A stretch of DNA of 22,040 nt from Pyrobaculum sp. Lineage in GTDB: Archaea > Thermoproteota > Thermoprotei > Thermoproteales > Thermoproteaceae. Positions 7,973 through 16,537 of this stretch are shown here, piece by piece. The notes under the pieces were generated by a model. That model did no database searches, was not told where the DNA came from, and saw only the letters and a list, made by a program, of their open reading frames with translations. The stretch is taken from assembly GCA_046293555.1 (NCBI GenBank), contig JBKBOT010000024.1, positions 1 through 22,040 on the forward strand. Direction: 5' to 3'. Each line of letters opens with the position of its first letter. Position 1 is the stretch's first letter. The position numbers and the translations under genes were made by a program.

Positions 7973-8030
7973 GAAAAGATAACATTATTATAATATAAAA
8001 ATCTATCTTAGATTATATATCATTATAAAT
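7973..8030 (-). promoter_or_regulatory. Internal promoter region for the binding-protein gene
   Basis: Only real gap in the operon. Minus strand TTTTATAT (8000-7993) lies 21-28 bp before ATG 7972. Palindrome AATCTA-N3-TAGATT at 8000-8014. Confidence 0.55.
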
Positions 8031-9076
8031 TAATAATACCTAAATGGGAATAGCCTTATGCGCTCTTTTACTTTTCTTAAAAGCTCTACTGCTCCTAATG
8101 GTTCTTTTAGTAAAAATAAAAGGATTATTCCGCCAAATAATATATCACGTAATGCTATATCTATGCCTCTGAATCCAATTGTAAAAAGCAGATATTTTAT
8201 ACCTTCTGGTACAAGTAATATAAACATACTGCCTAATACGCTACCCCAGACCACACGCCCTAGTCCGCCAATTAGTACTGCCGCTAATACTTCTAGCGAT
8301 GTAGCAAAGGTGAAGCTTTCTACAGTTACAGCTCTGACGGCAAAGGCCCATAACGCACCGCCGATAGCCGCCATATATGCACTTACGCCGAAGGCCACAA
8401 GTTTGTATTTAAACAGGTTGACGCCAATTATTTCCGCAGCTATGTCTCTATCTCTAATAGCCTTTAGAGACCTTCCAATGTACGACCTCCCTAAATTTGC
8501 CAACATAAAGAAATGTAGTAATGCTATGGAAAGGGTTACTATATAGATTTGGTATGTGGTCTGTGCCACAAATGGGCCTATTGACAACGGCGGGGCGATT
8601 TTTGCATAAGCACCGCCGGTGAACCATGCCATGTTTTCTGTTCGAAATAGCCAGTCTAGGAAAAATTGTGCCGCTAATGTACTTACTAGTAGATATAATT
8701 CTTTTAGCCGTAAGCTGGGTAGCCCAAAAAGTAATCCTATCCCTGTGGTTATTAAGCCGGCAAGAGGTATTGCTAAAAGCGGAGGGATACCAGCTTGTGC
8801 AAGATATATGGCTGTGAAGGCTCCAGTAGCCATGAAGGCGCCTTGTGCTAACGATATCTGTCCGCCTAGGCCAAACAGGAAGTTAAGCCCAGCTGCCGAG
8901 AGACTCCATGCCATAACCCACAGCGCCAGTCTGAGTAAGTATTCACCGCCAGTAGCTAAGGGCCATAGATATAAGGCTGGGATTAGGACTCCAATAGCTA
9001 CGTAATGTATAGGCCATTTTATATAAGCTTGGTCTTTTTTATAACTTGTAAAGAATATCCCCGCAGGCATGATCAC
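8030..9076 (-). CDS. livM: LIV-type ABC transporter permease, LivM-like
   Basis: GQISLAQGAF, PSLRLKELYL, GRSLKAIRDRDIAAEIIGVN, LIGGLG. GTG start overlaps the livH stop; an alternative ATG is at 9070. Confidence 0.92.
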   Translation of the reverse strand: MIMPAGIFFTSYKKDQAYIKWPIHYVAIGVLIPALYLWPLATGGEYLLRLALWVMAWSLSAAGLNFLFGLGGQISLAQGAFMATGAFTAIYLAQAGIPPLLAIPLAGLITTGIGLLFGLPSLRLKELYLLVSTLAAQFFLDWLFRTENMAWFTGGAYAKIAPPLSIGPFVAQTTYQIYIVTLSIALLHFFMLANLGRSYIGRSLKAIRDRDIAAEIIGVNLFKYKLVAFGVSAYMAAIGGALWAFAVRAVTVESFTFATSLEVLAAVLIGGLGRVVWGSVLGSMFILLVPEGIKYLLFTIGFRGIDIALRDILFGGIILLFLLKEPLGAVELLRKVKERIRLFPFRYY

Positions 9077-9969
9077 ACACGCTCTATTCGCTCTGTGCCG
9101 AAGAAACCGTATGGCTTAATTAACATTACTATAATCATAACAAGTAGTGGAAATACTTCGCCAAATCCTCCTCCGAAAACTGGGTCTAGATATAGCTTAC
9201 CGACAGCCTCTAAAATACCTATTACCACACCTGCCGCCAATGCGCCCGGAATGCTATCTAATCCGCCGAGGATTATCACAGGTAGAGCCTTAATTGCCAC
9301 TAGCTCTACCTGTCCTGAGACTCCACCTATTATTGCTGCATAAAAAAAGCCGCTGAGAAAGGCAGTAATGCCCGCTAGTAGCCACGACAATAGATATGTC
9401 TCACTTGGCTTAATGCCAAGCGTTAGGGCTGTCTGTCTTTCGTTTGACATAGCCTTCATAGCTATTCCTAATGGAGTTTTGTTGTAAAAGAAATAAAATA
9501 TTGTAAAGGCTATAAACGCCGCCGTAGATGCCCAGAGAAACGTGGCGTTTATAGACAACGGCCCTATTGTATACACGCCGGCGGGTAGAATCTGTTGTGT
9601 AAAAGTCACATATTGCCACCCCGGTAAGCCGGCGCCTAGTTGGAGAAATAGTAGCAAGACCCCTTTTATGACATAAGAAACTCCAATTGTGGCCATTATA
9701 ATTTGTATCACGGGTTCTCCTATCATTGGCCTCATTACGCCTCTCTCCACAAGGACAGCTATTAGAGAAATAGAGACCGTTACTAAGACAATAGCAAGGA
9801 ATATCGACACAAAGGTGGAGAAGTACCAAAATAGGTAGACTGCCATAAGCGACATGGCGCCATATGCCAAGTTAATTACTTTCGAGGCGCGGTAAATTAA
9901 GACGTAACCTATGGCGGTTAATGCGTATATTCCCCCTCTAAGTACCCCATCTAAGACAATTTCTATCAT
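9073..9969 (-). CDS. livH: LIV-type ABC transporter permease, LivH-like
   Basis: GGIYALTAIGYVLIYRASKVINLAYG, TPLGIAMKA, ILGGLDSIPGA, KPYGFFG. Confidence 0.92.
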   Translation of the reverse strand: MIEIVLDGVLRGGIYALTAIGYVLIYRASKVINLAYGAMSLMAVYLFWYFSTFVSIFLAIVLVTVSISLIAVLVERGVMRPMIGEPVIQIIMATIGVSYVIKGVLLLFLQLGAGLPGWQYVTFTQQILPAGVYTIGPLSINATFLWASTAAFIAFTIFYFFYNKTPLGIAMKAMSNERQTALTLGIKPSETYLLSWLLAGITAFLSGFFYAAIIGGVSGQVELVAIKALPVIILGGLDSIPGALAAGVVIGILEAVGKLYLDPVFGGGFGEVFPLLVMIIVMLIKPYGFFGTERIERV

Positions 9970-11885
9970 AACCTAGCTATCTTTACATCCGTCTCTACGT
10001 CTCTAATAGAGCCGTCTTCATAGCGTATCGCCAGTCTAAGTCTGTAACCAGTTGCCCCGGCATATATGGCATTTATTAACCCGCCATATTTTTCCTCTAT
10101 AAATAGCCTCCTGAGTTTTCTCGTGCGGGTCATTTCTCCATCATCTGGGTGGAATTCTTTAAATAACGAAACAAAGGCCTTTACTTTAAGCTTCTCCGGT
10201 AGTTGGCCATTTACGTTGTTCACCACCTCCCCCAATAGTTTATATACTTCGTCCTTTTGGCTTAGGTCTTGGTAACTCGTATAGGAGACCCCACGCCTCT
10301 CTGCCCATTTAGACACAGTTTCAAAGTTTATGTTTAAAATTGCTATTACATACGGCTTGTCTTTGCCGTAGACAAAAGCCTCTTTTACATATGGGCTGTA
10401 CTTAAGCATGTTTTCAATAAACAGGGCACTGAACACAGTGCCGTCGTTTAGACGCTGGAGATCTTCCTTCCTCCCTAGATATATCAAATGTCCATCTTCC
10501 GTCAACATGCCCACATCTCCCGTATAAAGCCACCCATCTCTTAACGCCTCTGCAGTGGCCTCAGGCCTCTTGTAGTAGCCCACCATCACTGCCGGAGTTT
10601 TTACTAAAATCTCGCCGTCTTCAGCAATTTTAATTTCCGTATTGGCTATAGGCTTCCCCACTGTGTCAGACCTTACGTCGTTATTTAGATGTACTGTGGC
10701 AATTCCAGAGACCTCTGTCATGCCCCAAATTCTCTTTAAATTAACGCCCATGCCTCTAAAGAATTTTAAGTAGTCTGGCCCAAGAAACGACCCTCCTACA
10801 TAGGCATATCTCATTCGCTTTAACCCTACCTTATCTAATACAGACCTGAACACAAGAAGCCGCATTATTTGCCAAAATATCTCTTCCCAGGGGCTTAACT
10901 TCCCGTGCCGCATTTCTACTTCAGCCTTCTTAGCCCCAAATTTTATGGCAAATTCAAAAATTTTTCTATCTAACGGACTGGAGTCTTCTAGATATTCCAT
11001 AATTCTACTATAGATCATCTCATATATTCTAGCAGGCCCGAAGATTACATGTGGGGCAATTTCTCTGAAGTCTCTCCAGAAAGTCTCGGGCTCTTCTACA
11101 AAATTTACCCTAAACCCAGCAAGTAGGTGCATAGATAGCGACATCATTTGTTCCCCAATCCACCCAAACGGCAGGTAGGAGATATATTCGAAATCTGGCC
11201 ATATTGGGTCTATTTCCCACAGGTTTTTTGCCATTGACAATAGGGACGCATAAGTTAACATCACAGCTTTAGGCTTGCCAGTTGTGCCAGAAGTAGATAG
11301 AAATAGACAGACGTCATCAGGCGACGTGGCGTCAGTTAGTTGATCTAATAGTTTAGGCTCTGTCTTCTTAACCTCCCCTCCCAATTTTACCACCTCTTCC
11401 CAGCTTGCTAACCTTGGCTTTTTTACATCTCTATATTGCCACATCATCCTGTCGTCCCAATATATAATATATTCTAACTTAGGTAGATTTTCTTTTACTG
11501 CAAGTATTTTATCTACCTGCTCCTGGTCTTCTGCAATAACAATTTTCACATCTGTATAGTCTAGCCAATACGCCCTCTCTTCTGGTAGAGTATCTTGATA
11601 CATCCCCACGGCCACTCCTTTAGTTGCAAACACAGCCTGTTCTGCGATGAGGATCTGCGGCCTGTTATAGCCCACAACTGCCACATGGTCGCCTGGCTTA
11701 AGTCCTAAAGCCAATAGACCATATGCAAAATCCTGCGCTGCGGCGTAGTAATCATGCCATGTATAAGGCCTCCATATGCCTTTTATCTTTTCTCTAAAGG
11801 CGATAGCCCTCGGCATCTTAATTGCCCTTTCTCTTAAAAGTTTTGGAAATGTATCTCCTTTCAACTCCTCCCAAGGCTTTCTCAT
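9966..11885 (-). CDS. Long-chain acyl-CoA synthetase (AMP-forming) embedded in the ABC operon
   Basis: 639 aa. STSGTTGKPK, WGMTE, GWLYTGDVG, LGRKED and GEMTRTRKLRR; all adenylation motifs intact. Confidence 0.92.
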   Translation of the reverse strand: MRKPWEELKGDTFPKLLRERAIKMPRAIAFREKIKGIWRPYTWHDYYAAAQDFAYGLLALGLKPGDHVAVVGYNRPQILIAEQAVFATKGVAVGMYQDTLPEERAYWLDYTDVKIVIAEDQEQVDKILAVKENLPKLEYIIYWDDRMMWQYRDVKKPRLASWEEVVKLGGEVKKTEPKLLDQLTDATSPDDVCLFLSTSGTTGKPKAVMLTYASLLSMAKNLWEIDPIWPDFEYISYLPFGWIGEQMMSLSMHLLAGFRVNFVEEPETFWRDFREIAPHVIFGPARIYEMIYSRIMEYLEDSSPLDRKIFEFAIKFGAKKAEVEMRHGKLSPWEEIFWQIMRLLVFRSVLDKVGLKRMRYAYVGGSFLGPDYLKFFRGMGVNLKRIWGMTEVSGIATVHLNNDVRSDTVGKPIANTEIKIAEDGEILVKTPAVMVGYYKRPEATAEALRDGWLYTGDVGMLTEDGHLIYLGRKEDLQRLNDGTVFSALFIENMLKYSPYVKEAFVYGKDKPYVIAILNINFETVSKWAERRGVSYTSYQDLSQKDEVYKLLGEVVNNVNGQLPEKLKVKAFVSLFKEFHPDDGEMTRTRKLRRLFIEEKYGGLINAIYAGATGYRLRLAIRYEDGSIRDVETDVKIARL

Positions 11886-12661
11886 ACAGCCGCCCCTATA
11901 TATGCCTTTGTCACCAACTCGCTTTTTAGTATCTCTGAGGGGGGCCCCTCCGCTAGCTTCGCGCCGTAGGTCATGACCGCCACTCTGTCTGCAATGTCGT
12001 ATACGAGAGACAGGTCATGTTCCACAAGAACTATAGTCATCTTCATGATTTTATTTAACTCGATAATATATCGCGCAACGTCTTCTCGTTCCTCTCTGGT
12101 CAAGCCAGACATGGGCTCGTCTAGCAGTAAAACACTAGGTCGGCCAGCCAACGCCCTGGCTATATCCACCTTCTTCTGTAGACCGTAGGGGAGTGTGCCC
12201 ACCGGCTTATGTCTATATTCATATAGCTCCATAAATTCAATTACCTCTTCTGCAATTTCCCTAAAACGAGTTTCTTTTTTAAAATAAGGCCCGTGCCATA
12301 ACACGGCTGGCAAAAAATCAAGAAATACTCTATCTTCTACCGCCGCAATTGCGCCAGTCATCACAGCCTCAAGTACAGTCATATGTCGGAAGACCTCAGA
12401 AGTTTTTTGAAAAGTTCTACCAATGCCCAACTTCGCCCGGACGTGAGGCCTCGTTTTTGTAATATCACGGCCTTTATATATAACAAATCCCTTTCTAGGT
12501 TTTATAAAACCGGAGATTACATTTAGTAAAGTGGTCTTCCCAGCGCCATTTGGGCCAATTATGCCTAAAATTTTTCCCGCTTCTACTTCAATAGATATAT
12601 CTCTAAGTGCATAAACACCACCAAACCTTACCTCAATATCGTCAGTTTTCAATATTTCCAT
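11882..12661 (-). CDS. livG: LIV-type ABC transporter ATPase, LivG-like
   Basis: RFGGVYAL, GPNGAGKTT, GIGRTFQ, LPYGLQK, LLLDEPMSG, VEHD. Confidence 0.93.
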   Translation of the reverse strand: MEILKTDDIEVRFGGVYALRDISIEVEAGKILGIIGPNGAGKTTLLNVISGFIKPRKGFVIYKGRDITKTRPHVRAKLGIGRTFQKTSEVFRHMTVLEAVMTGAIAAVEDRVFLDFLPAVLWHGPYFKKETRFREIAEEVIEFMELYEYRHKPVGTLPYGLQKKVDIARALAGRPSVLLLDEPMSGLTREEREDVARYIIELNKIMKMTIVLVEHDLSLVYDIADRVAVMTYGAKLAEGPPSEILKSELVTKAYIGAAV

Positions 12662-12680
12662 AGGAAAAACATATATTCAC

Positions 12681-12696
12681 TATTTAAACTTTTATC
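12681..12696 (-). promoter_or_regulatory. BRE/TATA promoter of the ABC transporter operon
   Basis: Minus strand GATAAAAG-TTTAAATA; the TATA element lies 20-27 bp before ATG 12661. Confidence 0.6.
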
Positions 12697-12828
12697 ATTA
12701 TAAATATGTAATAAGAATTTATATTTTTGACAATATAAAAAGTGTTAGTAATTTTAGCAAAATGAAAAAATTTTATAAATATAAAGAAATTTTCAAAAAA
12801 TTCTGAATATGAATGTATTTATTTATAA

Positions 12829-13164
12829 TTATTTCTGAGACTTTCTTATGGCATACCAGAGTTTATCTCCTATGTAAGTTATCGTCCATTCCACCCCCTC
12901 TCCTATTTCTACAGGCTCTAATGCATATGCTGGGAGTTGGAATTTGTCAAATTTAACAATGGCGACGTGATATGGAGTGGGGAATCTTCTAGTTGATATA
13001 TAAACCTCGCTATGTGTTATAACCACGCCTTTCTTAGGTATGTCTACAGTCTCCATTGGGCCACGGCAGTGGGGACACATGGATCTTGGCGGGAATATGG
13101 CTACATCACACTTTTTACAATAAGACCCCACCAGCTTATTTTGTCGTAACCACTGTTCTATCAT
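12829..13164 (-). CDS. DUF35 Zn-ribbon/OB-fold thiolase partner protein
   Basis: 111 aa. CKKC...FPPRSMCPHC, GVVITHS, PYHVAIV. ATGA-coupled to the upstream thiolase. Confidence 0.9.
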   Translation of the reverse strand: MIEQWLRQNKLVGSYCKKCDVAIFPPRSMCPHCRGPMETVDIPKKGVVITHSEVYISTRRFPTPYHVAIVKFDKFQLPAYALEPVEIGEGVEWTITYIGDKLWYAIRKSQK

Positions 13165-14291
13165 ATGGAAAAGATGTGGATCACCACTGCGGAGTTTACT
13201 CCCCCCTCGTTTACCGTCATGCCAATTTTTGCATTTGTTAACCTCTTTCCAGCCCCGCCTGTGAGCTGGAGATAGATCTCATATATCTGCGCCAGCCCGG
13301 TGGCCCCTATCGGGTGGCCTCTTGCCTTGAGGCCCCCGCTTGGGTTTATCGGAATCTTCCCGCCGATATAGGTCTGCCCCTCTCTAACTAATTTATAGCC
13401 TTCTTTCCTCCTGGCAAAGCCTAGGGCCTCGTACATTAACACCTCGTTTATTGTAAAGGCGTCATGTACCTCAGCTACCTGTACATCTCTTGGCTCTATC
13501 TTGGCTTGTCTATACGCCTTCTGCGCCGCCTCCCACACGGCTGTAGGCCAAGCTATGTCTGGTCTTTGTGACACGCTGAGGGTATCTGTGGCTACCGCAG
13601 AGGCCAATATCTTGACCTTGTCTTTAAACCTTCGTGCAGCCTCTTCAGAGGCTACAACCGCCACAGCCGCGCCGTCGCTAATTGGCGCAGAGTCTAAAAG
13701 TTTAAGCGGCTTGGCCACAGGTCTGCTTTTTAGACATTCTTCTAGAGTAATGGCCCTCTGGAAGTGGGCCTTGGGGTTATATGTTGCATGTTGGTGATTT
13801 TTCACAGCGACTAGACAGAGATCTTCTTCTGTTGCACCGGCCTCGTACATATACCGGCGGGCTACCATGGCGTAATGTGCTGGTATCGTCACGCCGCTTT
13901 CTCTATCTACATAATGGCTAGCAGACATGAGGGCCTCCGTGGCAACTTCGGTGCCGGCGGCGCTCATCTTCTCTACCCCAATAGCCACAGCTATATGGGC
14001 TTCTCCAGATTTCACAGCTAAGTAGGCATTTCTAAAAGCCAGAGCGCCGGCGGCGGCACATGCCTCCACTCTATAGGCCTCTTTTGGAAGTAGGCCCAAG
14101 GCCTCTGCCGCAAGAGTTCCATACATAATCTGGTGTTCATATACCTCAGATTGTACCCCCACATATACGGCGTCAATTAGGGCTGGGTCTACTTCAACTT
14201 CTCTAAAGGCCTCTATAATTAACTCTGTGCTGTTCTCTTCTCTTTTCCCTATCTTGCTCATCCCAGCTGCAACAAGATAGGCATTACCCAT
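13161..14291 (-). CDS. Archaeal-type thiolase (acetyl-CoA C-acyltransferase, SCP-x-like)
   Basis: 376 aa. RVEACAAAG with Cys, GVEKMS, ISDGAAVAV, EVHDAFT, NPSGGLKARGHPIGATG. Confidence 0.92.
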   Translation of the reverse strand: MGNAYLVAAGMSKIGKREENSTELIIEAFREVEVDPALIDAVYVGVQSEVYEHQIMYGTLAAEALGLLPKEAYRVEACAAAGALAFRNAYLAVKSGEAHIAVAIGVEKMSAAGTEVATEALMSASHYVDRESGVTIPAHYAMVARRYMYEAGATEEDLCLVAVKNHQHATYNPKAHFQRAITLEECLKSRPVAKPLKLLDSAPISDGAAVAVVASEEAARRFKDKVKILASAVATDTLSVSQRPDIAWPTAVWEAAQKAYRQAKIEPRDVQVAEVHDAFTINEVLMYEALGFARRKEGYKLVREGQTYIGGKIPINPSGGLKARGHPIGATGLAQIYEIYLQLTGGAGKRLTNAKIGMTVNEGGVNSAVVIHIFSI

Positions 14292-14324
14292 AAGTTTTAA
14301 ATAAGTATAGGTTTTATACTTTTA
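14292..14324. promoter_or_regulatory. 33-bp bidirectional promoter between thiolase (-) and aldehyde dehydrogenase (+), with inverted repeat
   Basis: + strand TTTTAAAT at 14295-14302. Minus strand TATAAAA at 14318-14312. AAGTATA-N5-TATACTT at 14303-14321. Confidence 0.65.
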
Positions 14325-15761
14325 ATGATAAAGATAAAACATTACATAAATGGCCAATTTATAGAAGGCGAGGAATATAGAACTAAAAAATCTCCTATCG
14401 ACGGGACCCCCATCGCTGAGGCTCCGGTGGGGAGAAGAGAAGACGTAAAAGCCGCAATAGACGCAGCTTACGACGCGGCTAAGACGTGGGGGCAGATGCC
14501 AGCCATTAGAAGAGCCGAGCTGTTGTATAAACTACATGAGGTCATTAAGACTAGAGAAGAGGAGCTGATCTCCATGTTGACCATAGAGGGGGGCGGCATT
14601 TATAAGAAGAGCTGGGGCGAGGTGGTTTTCTCACAGAGACTTGTGAGAAATGCCGCCGAGTTGGCGAGACATTTCGGCGGACGTACTATGCAGCCTGACG
14701 CGGAGGGGATAATCTCCACAGTTTTTAAAAAGCCTAAGGGGGTGGTGGGGGTTATTACGCCGTGGAATTACCCACTTTCTATCAGCATGAAGAAGATTGC
14801 CCACGCCTTGGCTGTGGGAAATACCGTAGTGTATAAGCCCGCCAGCGAGACTCCACTTACCGGTTTTAAAATTGCCGAGATGATCCACCAGGCTGGCTTC
14901 CCCAAGGGGGTCTTTAACCTCGTCATCGGCCCCGGGCCTGTGGTGGGGGACGAGATTGTGGCTAACAGGAAGATCTCCCACGTGACCTTTACCGGCGAGA
15001 GTTCTACTGGCAGAGAGATTGCCGCCAAAGCCGCCGGGACTTTAAAAACTGTGACGCTTGAGCTAGGGGGTAGCGACCCGTTGATAATTCTAGACGATGC
15101 AGACTTGGGGCTTGCGGTGCGTATTGCGGTATTTGGCGCCTTTTTCCACCAAGGCCAGATCTGTACCTCTAGCAAGAGGATTATTGTACATGAGAAAGTC
15201 TATAAACAGTTTTTAGAGAAGTTTGTAGAGAGAGTTTCACAACTTAAAGTAGGCGACCCTAGAGACAAGTCTACAGAACAGGGGCCGTTGATTTCTGTCA
15301 AGCAGGCTGACCAAATGGCCGAGTTTTATAGAGACGCAGTAGGGCGTGGGGGGAGGGTACTCACAGGCGGCAAAAAAGACGGCGCCTATTTCTGGCCCAC
15401 GGTGGTGACTGATGTGGACAGACAGTTTGGGGTAATGCGCGAGGAGGTGTTTGGCCCCATAAGGCCCGTGGTCCCTGTAAAAAACGACGACGAGGCTGTA
15501 GAGGTGGCTAATGACACGGAATATGGCCTCTCGGCCGCCGTGGTTACTACAAACATAAACCGGGCCTTCAAAATCGCGGAGGCTATAGAAAGCGGCATGG
15601 TGCATATAAACGACGTCACCATGTTAGAGGAGAGCCACGTGCCCTTTGGCGGGATTAAGGCCAGCGGTTTTGGCAGAGAGGGCGGGGAGTGGTCTTTTCT
15701 CGAAACCACCTACGACCGGTGGCTCACCATCACTCTAAGAGAGCGGAAGTACCCCATATGA
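14325..15761 (+). CDS. NAD(P)-dependent aldehyde dehydrogenase, aromatic-aldehyde (vanillin/benzaldehyde DH-like) type
   Basis: 478 aa. ITPWNYP, KPASETP, FTGES, LELGG, FFHQGQICTS (catalytic Cys), EEVFGP, GMVHINDVT...HVPFGGIKASG. Confidence 0.93.
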   Translation: MIKIKHYINGQFIEGEEYRTKKSPIDGTPIAEAPVGRREDVKAAIDAAYDAAKTWGQMPAIRRAELLYKLHEVIKTREEELISMLTIEGGGIYKKSWGEVVFSQRLVRNAAELARHFGGRTMQPDAEGIISTVFKKPKGVVGVITPWNYPLSISMKKIAHALAVGNTVVYKPASETPLTGFKIAEMIHQAGFPKGVFNLVIGPGPVVGDEIVANRKISHVTFTGESSTGREIAAKAAGTLKTVTLELGGSDPLIILDDADLGLAVRIAVFGAFFHQGQICTSSKRIIVHEKVYKQFLEKFVERVSQLKVGDPRDKSTEQGPLISVKQADQMAEFYRDAVGRGGRVLTGGKKDGAYFWPTVVTDVDRQFGVMREEVFGPIRPVVPVKNDDEAVEVANDTEYGLSAAVVTTNINRAFKIAEAIESGMVHINDVTMLEESHVPFGGIKASGFGREGGEWSFLETTYDRWLTITLRERKYPI

Positions 15762-16537
15762 TACAGCTGGCTGGAGGGAAGGTAGTTCTAGAGTGGGTAG
15801 AAGAGGGGATAATGCAGCTGGCTTTGAACTACCCCGAGCGGCATAACGTCATCACGCTAGAAATGAGGAAGGCTATCGGCGAGGCGGCAGGCGAGGTGGC
15901 AAAAAGCGGGGCTAAAGTGTTGATAATCTCTGCTGTGGGCGACAAGGCCTTTTCGGCGGGGGGAGACATGAGGGAGTTTTTAAACGTCACAGTGGCCGAC
16001 GTCTTGGAGTGGGGCAGGACTTTAACCATGCTGGAGGAACTCCCCGTGGCTACAGTGGCGGAACTCAAGGGCTATGTCCTCGGCGGCGGGCTTGAGCTGG
16101 CCATGTCTTGTGACATTAGAATAGCCTCAGAGGACGCAGAGCTGGGACTTCCCGAGGTGCGACTCGGCATGGTGCCGGCCAGCGGCGGGCTGACTAGAGT
16201 AGTCAAGGCGTTAGGCCCCCTTAAGGCTAGGTACTACTTACTTTTGGGAAAAAGGATTAAGGCCGGCGACGCGTTGGCTCTTGGACTTGTAGATGAGGTA
16301 GTCTCCAGGCAGGAGCTAAGAGGTAGAGTGCTTGAGGTGGCTAGGGAGTTGCGATCTCTGCCCCCTCTAGCTGTTAGGGAGGTGAAGAAGTTAGTTATGT
16401 TGATAGCTGACGCCCCGAGGGAGGTTGGGTTTGACCTGGAGAGAAAGACCTTCGGCGTGTTGAGATATAGCAAGGATTTTGAAGAGGGGGTTAAGGCCTT
16501 TTTTGAGAAAAGGACGCCGAAATATAGAGGCGAATGA
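15758..16537 (+). CDS. Enoyl-CoA hydratase/isomerase (crotonase) family protein, HmfE (2-oxoglutaroyl-CoA hydrolase)-like
   Basis: Real start most likely ATG 15758 (ATGA overlap with the ALDH stop); 259 aa. AFSAGGD, GGGLELAMSCD, LPEVRLG, DFEEGVKAFFEKRTPKY. The HmfE resemblance is from recall and gene context. Confidence 0.9.
   Translation: MIQLAGGKVVLEWVEEGIMQLALNYPERHNVITLEMRKAIGEAAGEVAKSGAKVLIISAVGDKAFSAGGDMREFLNVTVADVLEWGRTLTMLEELPVATVAELKGYVLGGGLELAMSCDIRIASEDAELGLPEVRLGMVPASGGLTRVVKALGPLKARYYLLLGKRIKAGDALALGLVDEVVSRQELRGRVLEVARELRSLPPLAVREVKKLVMLIADAPREVGFDLERKTFGVLRYSKDFEEGVKAFFEKRTPKYRGE

Noticed and set aside
13161-14291. Mevalonate-pathway thiolase/DUF35/HMG-CoA synthase module
   Set aside because: No HMG-CoA synthase is adjacent, and the context is catabolic.
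15689-15757. 23-aa N-terminal extension of the crotonase in the ORF track
   Set aside because: It overlaps the ALDH coding region; ATG 15758 gives the ATGA coupling seen throughout the window.
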